This document shows positions 26,478-35,127 of a DNA stretch of 44,231 nucleotides, one piece after another. Below the pieces are notes generated by a model, which was not told the origin of the DNA, made no database searches, and worked only from the letters and a program-made list of their open reading frames with translations. The DNA is from Candidatus Vogelbacteria bacterium. Its GTDB lineage: Bacteria; Patescibacteriota; Minisyncoccia; Phycocordibacterales; UBA12445. Every line of letters begins with the position of its first letter. Positions within the stretch are counted from its first letter, which is position 1. Where the stretch lies: assembly GCA_016201465.1 (NCBI GenBank), contig JACQCV010000032.1:1-44231 (forward strand), written 5' to 3'. The translations under genes were made by a program, and so were the position numbers.

Positions 26478-28289
26478 CTAATTTACTGAAGGATAATATT
26501 TTTCGCGAATTGCCCTAACTAAGACATCCTTATCTTTAGTAAATTTAAGTCCAAACTTTAAAGTACAGTAAGCATCCAGTGCTTGTTTTAAAGACTTAAT
26601 CTGAGCCACATCCAATTGACCGCCACTTTGATACCTGAACCTAACAAGGCTTTGAATGTCCCGCGGAAAATCCGCTAGATTACTCAAAAACTCTCGCCTA
26701 TAAAAATCGTGCGCGGTAAGAAATTTTGCGGATGATGGCCACTCGGGACTAGTGGTTCCGAAACCAGAATCAAAGTCAACAATTTTAATTCGGTCTTTCA
26801 CAAAGACAAGAAGGTCGTTTGATGGCAGCCCACTCAGTTGATTAAACTCTTCGTGCGGAATATTCAGTAGAAAACCGTTTAACTTTCTACCAGAACTATT
26901 TTCCAATTGATTAAGTTTAGTCTTCATTTTAACAATCTTATCGAATAGTTTGGCGGAAACAACCTGACCACTTGGCATTTTAACTTGAGCATCGCGATAT
27001 TTTTTGGCTCTGGGATCGTACTCCTTTGCTCTAGTTTTTTGAAGAGAAATAAAATCATCGGACACTGTATTTAAATCGACAAACGCTGGCCCGTTGAAAA
27101 CCGTATAGTCACCTAAAATCTGAAAAGCGTTATTATCTCCCTCTAGTAGATCAACCCCCTCAAATGCGTCCTGTCGTGGAGACGCAAGTTTAGGCCTCAG
27201 CCCAATTTTCTTGAGAGTATCATAGGCAGCGAGCTCAGACAAAACACTCGATCGCAATGAATCAATATAGCGCGGATAAGAATTTGATCGAGGATTCACA
27301 TCTGTCCCCATGAATTTCATCTCTTGTGCAATCAAATCTAATGTAAGCCAAAAACTATTCAAAAGATCTTTATCCTGGGAATTATTCAAGACAAAATTAG
27401 ATATTATAAACCTATCTTCCGTTAAATCTTCATACCCCGCTCTATTCAATAATCCACTCTCTGCAAGTTCCTGTTTTCTTAAAAATTGCGGAATTGCAAA
27501 AATTATCTCTACTCCATGAAGTTGATCCGGAAAAATTTCTAGGTAAAATTCCTTAACTTTCTCCACTGTCACTTCGTCTTTTTCAACAAGTGCATCGACC
27601 AAAAGCTGTTCTAATTTTGACGTGGCAGAGTTGTCTTCTGGATACTTGTCGTTTAACAGTTTATCAACTTCATCCTCCACCTCAAAAGAAAATCCGTATT
27701 TTTTCTCCCATACTGCAGATATTATTTCGGAAAATCTGTTGGCCTCCCAAGATCTAAGCCATTCGTTCCCCTCAAATCTGTCGACTATTTTTTTATCCTC
27801 CATCGATAATTTACCCAACTCATCAGTTAGAACTTTTACAACTTTCTGCGCTCGACTCACCTTGCTAACTAGAAATGTCTTGGGCTTCTCCTGCCTTACT
27901 TCTTTAAATATCTTATTCAAATCCATTTTTTCTGTAGAGTGAGACTTCTCGAGTGGTTCTTTTTCCCCAAAATTACCAGCCCGAAGCACTTTCTCCTCTG
28001 ACTTCTTTTGTGAATCTAAAAATCTTTTTTTTAAAATACTTTCCCGCTCTCCAAATGGGACACTAAATTTATTTTTCCACCAATCCTCAACCGCTTTTTG
28101 AACCGGAGTAAACATTGCCGGGTTAATTACTCCTCTCTCAAACCTATCTTTAATGTCGTCGCACAAATCTTCAGGAAACGCACTGATATCATTTCTGATT
28201 TCACGCTTAAGTAGCTCTTCCACGGTCGGGATCTTAGTGTTCGATAATCTCTCAGTAAATTTACCCATCTTTTTCATATTGTCAGCCAT
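26478..28289 (-). CDS. Large hypothetical protein (603 aa) with an internally repeated ~65-aa helical module
   Basis: Start reset to ATG 28289 because the longer ORF crosses a terminator. The N- and C-terminal modules align: REIRNDISAFPEDL..VQKAVEDWWKNKFSVPF versus REFLSNLADFPRDI..LKQALDAYCTLKFGLKF. Confidence 0.6.
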   Translation of the reverse strand: MADNMKKMGKFTERLSNTKIPTVEELLKREIRNDISAFPEDLCDDIKDRFERGVINPAMFTPVQKAVEDWWKNKFSVPFGERESILKKRFLDSQKKSEEKVLRAGNFGEKEPLEKSHSTEKMDLNKIFKEVRQEKPKTFLVSKVSRAQKVVKVLTDELGKLSMEDKKIVDRFEGNEWLRSWEANRFSEIISAVWEKKYGFSFEVEDEVDKLLNDKYPEDNSATSKLEQLLVDALVEKDEVTVEKVKEFYLEIFPDQLHGVEIIFAIPQFLRKQELAESGLLNRAGYEDLTEDRFIISNFVLNNSQDKDLLNSFWLTLDLIAQEMKFMGTDVNPRSNSYPRYIDSLRSSVLSELAAYDTLKKIGLRPKLASPRQDAFEGVDLLEGDNNAFQILGDYTVFNGPAFVDLNTVSDDFISLQKTRAKEYDPRAKKYRDAQVKMPSGQVVSAKLFDKIVKMKTKLNQLENSSGRKLNGFLLNIPHEEFNQLSGLPSNDLLVFVKDRIKIVDFDSGFGTTSPEWPSSAKFLTAHDFYRREFLSNLADFPRDIQSLVRFRYQSGGQLDVAQIKSLKQALDAYCTLKFGLKFTKDKDVLVRAIREKYYPSVN

Positions 28290-28360
28290 AATAATTATTT
28301 CTTGTTCGTTAATATTAACAAACTTTCTATCAGTTCCAAAATAAACAATCTTGCCAGTTT

Positions 28361-28387
28361 CAAAAAACTCGCCCCCGAGGGGCGAGT
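28361..28387 (-). terminator. Rho-independent terminator closing the 30024-28390 operon
   Basis: 9-bp GC-rich stem ACTCGCCCC/GGGGCGAGT with a 3-nt loop, followed on the minus strand by TTTTTT. It starts 3 nt after the stop at 28390. Confidence 0.8.
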
Positions 28388-28389
28388 TG

Positions 28390-28839
28390 TTATGCGATAT
28401 AAAACTTAAGTGCAACGGAATCGTCGTTCACCAACAGAATCTCTTCGACGGTCGGATGTTTAGTATAGCTTCCACCTAAACTCTTGAGCCACTCCACAAA
28501 TTCATTAGCCAACTCTTCCATGAGCGATTCACCCACCTGATCACGCTTGATATTAAAGCGATAATGCAGGGCCTCAGCAAAATCCGCAGTAAACTTAGAT
28601 TTACTAATCATCAAGGTACTTACCGGAACTGAGGCCTCGGCGCGTCTCCCCAAAGTGCCAAGGTATCTCCAGATGCGCAGATTAACTGATTCCTGCACGT
28701 GGGAAATAGAAATCGGACTGCCCCAAATAGGCATATGCGTCGGCGTGAGATCTAATCTCGCGGGCGAATCTAGACCACAATAATTTCCAAGTGCCTGAGC
28801 AAGTTCAATCGATGGTCCAAAAAAATTTCCCATGCTCAT
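28390..28839 (-). CDS. Hypothetical protein (149 aa)
   Basis: ORF overlapping the upstream stop by 4 nt (ATGA-type coupling). The FAEALHYRFNIKRD segment resembles the module of the 603-aa protein. Confidence 0.55.
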   Translation of the reverse strand: MSMGNFFGPSIELAQALGNYCGLDSPARLDLTPTHMPIWGSPISISHVQESVNLRIWRYLGTLGRRAEASVPVSTLMISKSKFTADFAEALHYRFNIKRDQVGESLMEELANEFVEWLKSLGGSYTKHPTVEEILLVNDDSVALKFYIA

Positions 28840-29105
28840 TTTCCATCCTCCAAATCTGTAACAACGGCACGCAAATCAAACAAATTTTTTATAGAACTTT
28901 TTTCAAAGTCTACAGAAACTTCAAGGTCAACAGTACAATTATCGTTATCGTGAGAGACAATCAGTACTTGAGACCCAAGATCAGATAAAAGCTCTGTCAT
29001 TCTGTTCGCCAAACCTAAAAGCGCATACCGATCACCATGGTCCCAATCATACCCGCGATCACCAGCACGCAACCTACTAAAATCAACCCGAATTCGCTTT
29101 CTCAT
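28836..29105 (-). CDS. Hypothetical protein (89 aa)
   Basis: Start reset to ATG 29105 (AAGGAGG 6 nt upstream). It overlaps the end of the M23-like gene by 23 nt. Confidence 0.5.
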   Translation of the reverse strand: MRKRIRVDFSRLRAGDRGYDWDHGDRYALLGLANRMTELLSDLGSQVLIVSHDNDNCTVDLEVSVDFEKSSIKNLFDLRAVVTDLEDGK

Positions 29106-29622
29106 TTCCAACCTCCTTCGAAGTAATAACCTTACCCACTTCAAAACTATAATCCACAAAACCTGGCTTCACTGTTTCGCCCTCGCTTTCATCTAGAACC
29201 GGTCTCACAAAAACCTCAAAGTCTAAGTGGGGTCCAACGCTATATCCAGTGTTACCACTATAGCCAATCAGTTGACCACATTCCACAGTCTGCCCAACAA
29301 CAACCAACGACCCACCACACTTCAAGTGTTCATAAGCGCTGTATTCCCTATTCGCATGTCGAATCACAATCCTATTGCCGTCATTCCAATATTTCCCGTC
29401 CGGTCCACCGACATCAGAATCCTGCTTAACATAAACTACCGTGCCACCCAAAGCCGCGACGACTTGGGATAGTTCTGGCACAAGAAAGTCGACCGCATAT
29501 TTCAGGTTTCCCTCATGTGAATTGAATGGAAGTTCACCATAATTATGACTCAACTGAAGGTCCTCAGCCAAAATCGGCAGTGCGTATATATTTGTGCTTT
29601 TGGCACTAGTCTCTTGATTCAT
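29083..29622 (-). CDS. Cytoplasmic M23 (LytM)-like peptidase-fold protein with variant metal motifs
   Basis: Start reset to ATG 29622 (AGGAGG 6 nt upstream). VAALGGTVVYV, IVIRHANREYSAYEHL, VGQTVECGQLIGYSGNTGYSVGPHLDFEV. No signal peptide. Confidence 0.7.
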   Translation of the reverse strand: MNQETSAKSTNIYALPILAEDLQLSHNYGELPFNSHEGNLKYAVDFLVPELSQVVAALGGTVVYVKQDSDVGGPDGKYWNDGNRIVIRHANREYSAYEHLKCGGSLVVVGQTVECGQLIGYSGNTGYSVGPHLDFEVFVRPVLDESEGETVKPGFVDYSFEVGKVITSKEVGNEKANSG

Positions 29623-29667
29623 CTTTTTCCTCCTGAGCATAAAAACATAAAACTCTTCAACCAAATT

Positions 29668-30024
29668 TTAGAAATCAAAATCTGGGAGCTTTATCATCCT
29701 GTCTTTTTTCTTCTTCTGTTTGGCGGAAGTCTGACTTGTTACGAAGTCAACAAATTCCTGTGGGGGCTGATATTTATGAACCCTTACATAGTGAGTCAAC
29801 ATCTCTGGCCAAATATATCCGCCGGCCATAATTTCAGAACTAGATTTTGCCCCGCCACAATAAGGACAGTCATGATGTCCAAAACTTGGCATTGTTTCAA
29901 TGTTCAGTTTCTTCAACTTATCCAAGAAATCTGCAGGTACGTTCCCAACCACAAAGTCACCGTCCAGATATCCTATAGCCTTTAATCTAACAACGGGATG
30001 TAAAGCCAAATCTTCTATAAACAC
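29668..30024 (-). CDS. Cys/His 'HYV-module' protein (uncharacterised family), first gene of operon
   Basis: GTG start with an AAAGGAGA SD. AIGYLDGDFVVGNVPADFLDKL ... HHDCPYC ... YIWPEMLTHYVRVHKYQPPQEFVDFV. Confidence 0.6.
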   Translation of the reverse strand: MFIEDLALHPVVRLKAIGYLDGDFVVGNVPADFLDKLKKLNIETMPSFGHHDCPYCGGAKSSSEIMAGGYIWPEMLTHYVRVHKYQPPQEFVDFVTSQTSAKQKKKKDRMIKLPDFDF

Positions 30025-30134
30025 CAGAAGTCTCCTTTCGATTAAAAATCAAAAAACGATCTTTCGTAAGACTAATAAAAAATATTGGTAATGTCCACCC
30101 TTTTTACTACTAAAAAGGTGGCACCTAACTCTGT

Positions 30135-30467
30135 TTATTTAGAGCTCTTCCAAGAATCTAGGGATTGCTGAGTAAAAAATTTCTTCTTAAGTTCATCTAT
30201 CTGATCCGGTAAAAGTCTTGCATCTTGGCATAGCTTACTAAACTCCTCTTGTAGTATTTTATTTTCAAATGAAAGAAGATCCCCGTTTTCAACTGCCTCC
30301 ATACCTCCCTTATATAAGTAGTTAATTTCCTGAGGTCCTATATTCCTCTCCAAAAGTCTTTCGGCAAAAACTAATCTAAACTTCTTACAAAATTCTTCCC
30401 ATTTCTTATCATCCATTCCCAACTTAAACAACTCAACCACTTCTGGATCAACCTTTGGGGGCAACAA
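30135..30467 (-). CDS. Hypothetical helical protein (110 aa)
   Basis: ORF followed by a hairpin (CCACCTTTTT..AAAAAGGGTGG, 30097-30123). No recognised family. Confidence 0.5.
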   Translation of the reverse strand: MLPPKVDPEVVELFKLGMDDKKWEEFCKKFRLVFAERLLERNIGPQEINYLYKGGMEAVENGDLLSFENKILQEEFSKLCQDARLLPDQIDELKKKFFTQQSLDSWKSSK

Positions 30468-30529
30468 ACTTTTTATCTGGAGAAGCCATACTTATTCATT
30501 ATATATTTAATAATAGCATATTTATTATA

Positions 30530-31366
30530 CTACTTGCCTGCCAGCGTCACCAAATTCTTAAAAAGCATGGCGACGGTTATAGGCCCAACGCCTCCAGGGA
30601 CTGGAGAGAAGACAAGAGCCTTGTCGACACAGGCAGGATCAACATCACCGACAATCTTACCTGAGACATCTGATGTGGCAGCGTCGATAATTATCACTCC
30701 CCCGAGTTTAGTGGCAAACTTTTCGGGTAACATATCAGGTTTAATTAAATTCGGCACACCAGCTCCAGCGATTATTATATCTGCCGTTTTTGTGAACTGA
30801 GAAAGATCTATAGTATCACGTCCCAATAAACTGACCCGAGCGCCCATAGTTTCAAGCCAGAGAGCTGCCGGTTTTCCCACCAGCTTACCACGACCTATAA
30901 TAACAGCCTTAAGCCCCATAAATCCGAGAATTTTATTTCTATCCAGAATTTCTTTAATGGCACCTGTGACTGGTGGCAAAATTGGCGAGATGCCATCAGT
31001 GAAAGATTTATAAGCGACTTCGGAAAGCAGATCAACATCTTTATTAATAGAAATAATATTCAAAACTCTCTGAGAATCAATATGTTTTGGAAGTGGCAAC
31101 TGCACAATGATACCGGTGGGATTTTTTTTTATAATATTTTTTATCTCACTGATCAACTCATCAGTGAGAATCCCCTCTCCATATTTGTACACATCCACCT
31201 TGATTCCAACATCTTCTCCAAACTTCTTTTTCTTCTCAACATATTTTGCTGACACTGTATCATTCCCCACCCAAACAATTGCCAGGCTCGGATACTTCAA
31301 AAGCTTAACTCTTTCTTTAAGTTCTTCTTTTATTTCATCTCTTATTTTATTTCCGTCGATTATCAT
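30530..31366 (-). CDS. folD: Bifunctional methylenetetrahydrofolate dehydrogenase/methenyl-THF cyclohydrolase FolD
   Basis: Start set to ATG 31366 (MIIDGNKIRDEIKEEL). Motifs are VGNDTVSAKYV, VIIGRGKLVGKP and PVPGGVGPITVAML. Confidence 0.9.
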   Translation of the reverse strand: MIIDGNKIRDEIKEELKERVKLLKYPSLAIVWVGNDTVSAKYVEKKKKFGEDVGIKVDVYKYGEGILTDELISEIKNIIKKNPTGIIVQLPLPKHIDSQRVLNIISINKDVDLLSEVAYKSFTDGISPILPPVTGAIKEILDRNKILGFMGLKAVIIGRGKLVGKPAALWLETMGARVSLLGRDTIDLSQFTKTADIIIAGAGVPNLIKPDMLPEKFATKLGGVIIIDAATSDVSGKIVGDVDPACVDKALVFSPVPGGVGPITVAMLFKNLVTLAGK

Positions 31367-31433
31367 TGTTATGTACTGCGGATCGTTCCGAGAATTAAAT
31401 TTTAGAAATTGCTTAACCCCACTCTCACGCCTA

Positions 31434-31478
31434 GCCAAAATGATTGCTAGTCCCTAGCACAAAAATAATCATTTTGGC
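31434..31478 (-). promoter_or_regulatory. Nested perfect hairpin in the glyA-folD spacer (candidate leader RNA element, attenuator or small palindromic repeat)
   Basis: 12-bp stem GCCAAAATGATT/AATCATTTTGGC (31434-31445/31467-31478) encloses a second hairpin GCTAG-tcc-CTAGC (31446-31458). No T-run follows on either strand. Confidence 0.4.
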
Positions 31479-31519
31479 TGAGGGTTCGAGCGGCCGCCCC
31501 CGCCTACAATTTTTAAAAT

Positions 31520-32710
31520 TTATTCTCTGCGCGATCCCCTTGCCCGCAACACCGCATCAATCTTCCTGGCAATCTTTACCATATCTCCCTCCTTCTTGCC
31601 TCTCGTGGTTTCAGCAGCTGTGCCTAGCCTAATACCAGATGGATCCATCGGGCTCCTCGTATCAAAGGGTATTGTGTTCATGTTTACTATAATACCAGCC
31701 TTTTCTAATTTTAGACTAGCTTCTTTGCCACTGACACCAATTCCATTCTTCCACGTATCCATCAAAATTAAATGCGAATCTGTACCACCAGAAATTATTC
31801 TCCAGCCTAACTTTGCGAGCTCGTTCGATAAAACTTTGGCATTCTTAATCACCTGCTTCGCATATTTTTTGAACGCCGGACTGTCTGCCTCCCTGAGCGC
31901 CACCGCAACTGCTGCGATCTGATTTAAATGCGGGCCACCCTGCATTCCCGGGAAAACAGCTTTATCAATTTTCTGCGGTAAACCCCTCGCATCTTTTTTT
32001 GAAAAAATCATGGCCGACCTCGGACCACGCAAAGTTTTGTGAACTGTCGTCGTAACAATATCTGCATATTCAAAAGGCGATGGGTATGTTTGACCAGCGA
32101 CTAGACCAGCAAAATGCGACATATCCACCATGAGCAGTGTGCCACATGCATCAGCAATATCCCTAAACTTTTTAAAATCAATAACTCGAGGATATGCCGT
32201 GAACCCGGCAACAATTAATTTAGGCTGTTCTGTTTTTGCTAACTCCTTGAGTGCTTCGTAATTCAAAACCTCAGAATCTTTGTCTACCCCATACGGAATT
32301 TGTTTCCAGATCTTGCCCGTTATAGAAACCTTGTGACCGTGCGTCAGATGACCACCATGTACTAGATGCATACCCATTATCTTCTGACCTGGTTCCACAA
32401 GTGCCAAGTAGACGGCAACGTTCGCCGGAGATCCCGACAGAGGTTGTACGTTTACTGCCCACTCATTTTCATCCAAAGCAAAAAGTCCCAATGCCCTCAC
32501 CTTGCATAAATTTTCAACCTTATCAGAAATTTCATTTCCCCCATAGTACCGTGCCCCAGGATATCCCTCAGCATACTTATTGGTCAACACAGAACCGAGC
32601 GCCTTGAGAACGTCATCTGACACATAATTTTCAGAAGCAATAAGATTTATCACCTTTTTCTGTCGAGTGCTCTCCTCTATGATTAACTTTTCTATCTGTT
32701 TATCTTTCAT
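31520..32710 (-). CDS. glyA: Serine hydroxymethyltransferase GlyA
   Basis: 396 aa with NLIASENYVS, AEGYPGARYYGG and the PLP-lysine region TTTVHKTLRGPR. Confidence 0.95.
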   Translation of the reverse strand: MKDKQIEKLIIEESTRQKKVINLIASENYVSDDVLKALGSVLTNKYAEGYPGARYYGGNEISDKVENLCKVRALGLFALDENEWAVNVQPLSGSPANVAVYLALVEPGQKIMGMHLVHGGHLTHGHKVSITGKIWKQIPYGVDKDSEVLNYEALKELAKTEQPKLIVAGFTAYPRVIDFKKFRDIADACGTLLMVDMSHFAGLVAGQTYPSPFEYADIVTTTVHKTLRGPRSAMIFSKKDARGLPQKIDKAVFPGMQGGPHLNQIAAVAVALREADSPAFKKYAKQVIKNAKVLSNELAKLGWRIISGGTDSHLILMDTWKNGIGVSGKEASLKLEKAGIIVNMNTIPFDTRSPMDPSGIRLGTAAETTRGKKEGDMVKIARKIDAVLRARGSRRE

Positions 32711-32722
32711 AATTACTAACCA

Positions 32723-33724
32723 CTATATCACATCTCTACCATAGCGCCCATCCTCACTGGCGACTGACTCACGAGATGTATAAAGGTAATCGAATCCAAA
32801 CTTTTTAGTTATTTTTGATCCGTCTATAAGGATGGGATAACAAAATAACCTCCAACTACCCCTGGAAGTTGGTATCTTACCCCTAGACAAATGCCACAAC
32901 AGAAAAAAAATAAAATTGATCACGAGCGGCGGAAGCGTGATTAAGCTCTTGTGTAAAATCTTGGCCACTTCACTGGCTAAGATAAGGTCTGTAGCCGCAA
33001 GGTTAAGAATCTCAAAAGTGTTCTGCTTGACAAAATCTGCAAATGTAAACATAGCGATAACATCTGTTACATCATCTTCGTGTACATATTGCTTACACCA
33101 TTTATCATTCGCCACAGGAAAAAAGGGTAGATCATCGTGTTTATCAATTGATCTTCCTCTTGGCCCGTAAGTTGATGCCAACCTAAGAACAAAAACCTGC
33201 TTCGCCTCATTACACATATTATATAAATCCAAAAGTAATCTCTCTGCCTCTTTTTTTTGCTGGCAACTAAGCGTATCTAATTCTTTTAATTTATCTGTCT
33301 CAGAGAAAAAGTGTTCAAGATTATTATCTGGAAACGCACCATATACAGACGCATCACTGAGAAAAATCAATTTTTTAACAAATTGATTTTTAAACGCAAA
33401 TTCAAAAACCTCTCGGGAACTGGTAAGATTTAACTCGTTTTGCAGCTCCACCCGTCCATACGGTTCTCTAGTCTGCCAGGCTGCATGGATGACGACCTCT
33501 GGCTTATTGATTAACGCTGGAATCTTCCAAACATTTTGATACAAATTGGATGTGATCCAGACAATCTTTTTATTCTCCCTCAACAATTCCGGCATAGGTG
33601 CCATATCTACAGCGACAATCATCTCGAGATCCGGGCTCTTTGAAAATTGATCGCACAACATCGTACCAATATACCCAGCCGCACCAGTAATCATTATTAC
33701 TCTGGGGGACTTAAATTTTGACAT
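32723..33724 (-). CDS. NAD-dependent epimerase/dehydratase (extended SDR)
   Basis: Start set to ATG 33724, overlapping the upstream TGA (TGATG). Rossmann motif ITGAAGYIG. Located in the envelope glycan cluster. Confidence 0.75.
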   Translation of the reverse strand: MSKFKSPRVIMITGAAGYIGTMLCDQFSKSPDLEMIVAVDMAPMPELLRENKKIVWITSNLYQNVWKIPALINKPEVVIHAAWQTREPYGRVELQNELNLTSSREVFEFAFKNQFVKKLIFLSDASVYGAFPDNNLEHFFSETDKLKELDTLSCQQKKEAERLLLDLYNMCNEAKQVFVLRLASTYGPRGRSIDKHDDLPFFPVANDKWCKQYVHEDDVTDVIAMFTFADFVKQNTFEILNLAATDLILASEVAKILHKSLITLPPLVINFIFFLLWHLSRGKIPTSRGSWRLFCYPILIDGSKITKKFGFDYLYTSRESVASEDGRYGRDVI

Positions 33725-35067
33725 CACATTCCTACACAAGATAAAACAATTTGAAGAGTCCGAAATGCGATCTTTATGTCGAGCCAGAAAGATCTGTGTT
33801 TTAAATAAAATAAATCGAATGAAAGTTTTTCACGAGTTGCTTCTATGGCTGTCCCATGGTGTGGATGTCCTTCCTGATAGATCTGAGCCCAACCCGAAAG
33901 TCCAGGCTTAATCAAATGACGAATACCATAAAATGGAATCTGTGCTTCATATTCTTTAACAAGCGGCAAAAACTCTGGACGTGGCCCAACCAAAGAAAGA
34001 TCTCCTCGAATAACATTCCAAAGCTGTGGCAACTCATCTATACGGGTTTTTCGAAGAAACGATCCTACCTTAGTTGTACGAAGTGTGGTTTTACCGCCGA
34101 TATAATTACCACCATCATTGCCCGTCATGGTCCGAAATTTATATATAGAAAAGATGTGTCCATACTGACCGACACGCTCTTGCCTTATAAAAAAACGCCC
34201 GCGATCCTCCAACCAAATTAAAAGTGCAGCGATAGGATAAAGTGATAAAGTAATTATTCCAAGAACAAGAGCAAGTAAAATATCCATTATTCGCTTCAAT
34301 ATGTCATAGACCCGAGAATTTTCGGCGATGACGCTTTCAATAAACCACCAATCATTAACCTTAGATAACGGTATTCGGTCAAAAAGTTCTTCAAAATAGG
34401 AGTCGACATCAACAAATTTAATTTTTGAATAGTTATCTACGCCGAGAGACGCAGCCAAGTTTTTTTCGAGCTCATTTCTAAAGTGGATCATAACAACAGA
34501 AATATGCTCACTCCTTATGAGGTTAATTAGACTTTCACGCACAAGGTTACTTGGCCGACGAATAACCCTGTATCCATGGAATGGATTTATTGCCAACTCC
34601 TCAGCTATTAAGTCCGCTTCAACACTATTTCCGATTAGCAGGAGGATTTCTGGGCGACTGCTGTACAGTAACGGTGAAATAAAAAGTCTCCAGATGATCA
34701 TTAAAAAACTAGATAAGACGAAATATATAAAAAGATTTGTTTTAGGAGTCAGTCCGAAATAAGGAATGAAATAAAATAGAACCACAGCCAGCAGACTGTT
34801 AACAATCTGAGCGTTGATTATGGTAGAAAGAATTTTTCGCCGAAAAACAATAGTCTGTTTACCGTATAGGTTGAAAATAAAAAAAACTAACAACCAAAGT
34901 AGAATCGCCGGCGTAAATGCAAGAATATGACCAAAGAATAGCTGATTATACTGACCAGTGGTTTGACCTGAATAACGTACAAAAAGAGTAAGCCATATGG
35001 CCGAAACAAAACACAAAATATCTCCCAAAGCTAAGATAAATTGTTCTTTCTTTCTACCTATAATCAT
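33724..35067 (-). CDS. Polyprenyl-phosphate sugar phosphotransferase (WbaP/Bac_transf family initiating transferase)
   Basis: 447 aa with N-terminal TM helices. C-terminal catalytic domain has FIRQERVGQYGHIFSIYKFRTM and DELPQLWNVIRGDLSLVGPRPE. Confidence 0.9.
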   Translation of the reverse strand: MIIGRKKEQFILALGDILCFVSAIWLTLFVRYSGQTTGQYNQLFFGHILAFTPAILLWLLVFFIFNLYGKQTIVFRRKILSTIINAQIVNSLLAVVLFYFIPYFGLTPKTNLFIYFVLSSFLMIIWRLFISPLLYSSRPEILLLIGNSVEADLIAEELAINPFHGYRVIRRPSNLVRESLINLIRSEHISVVMIHFRNELEKNLAASLGVDNYSKIKFVDVDSYFEELFDRIPLSKVNDWWFIESVIAENSRVYDILKRIMDILLALVLGIITLSLYPIAALLIWLEDRGRFFIRQERVGQYGHIFSIYKFRTMTGNDGGNYIGGKTTLRTTKVGSFLRKTRIDELPQLWNVIRGDLSLVGPRPEFLPLVKEYEAQIPFYGIRHLIKPGLSGWAQIYQEGHPHHGTAIEATREKLSFDLFYLKHRSFWLDIKIAFRTLQIVLSCVGM

Positions 35068-35127
35068 AGTTTAACATTCTACAACGGATTGTAACTATAA
35101 TAAAGCCCTTATGGTAATATAATAAAT

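Noticed and set aside
28290-28415. A longer 645-aa version of the large orphan protein.
   Set aside because: The extension runs through the strong terminator hairpin at 28361-28387 and overlaps the upstream gene. ATG 28289 is preferred.
31367-31519. Calling the glyA-folD spacer a THF or ZTP riboswitch.
   Set aside because: I could not find the ZTP CUGGCG...CCGCCUGGGC elements or the THF conserved core. It is reported only as an unexplained structure.
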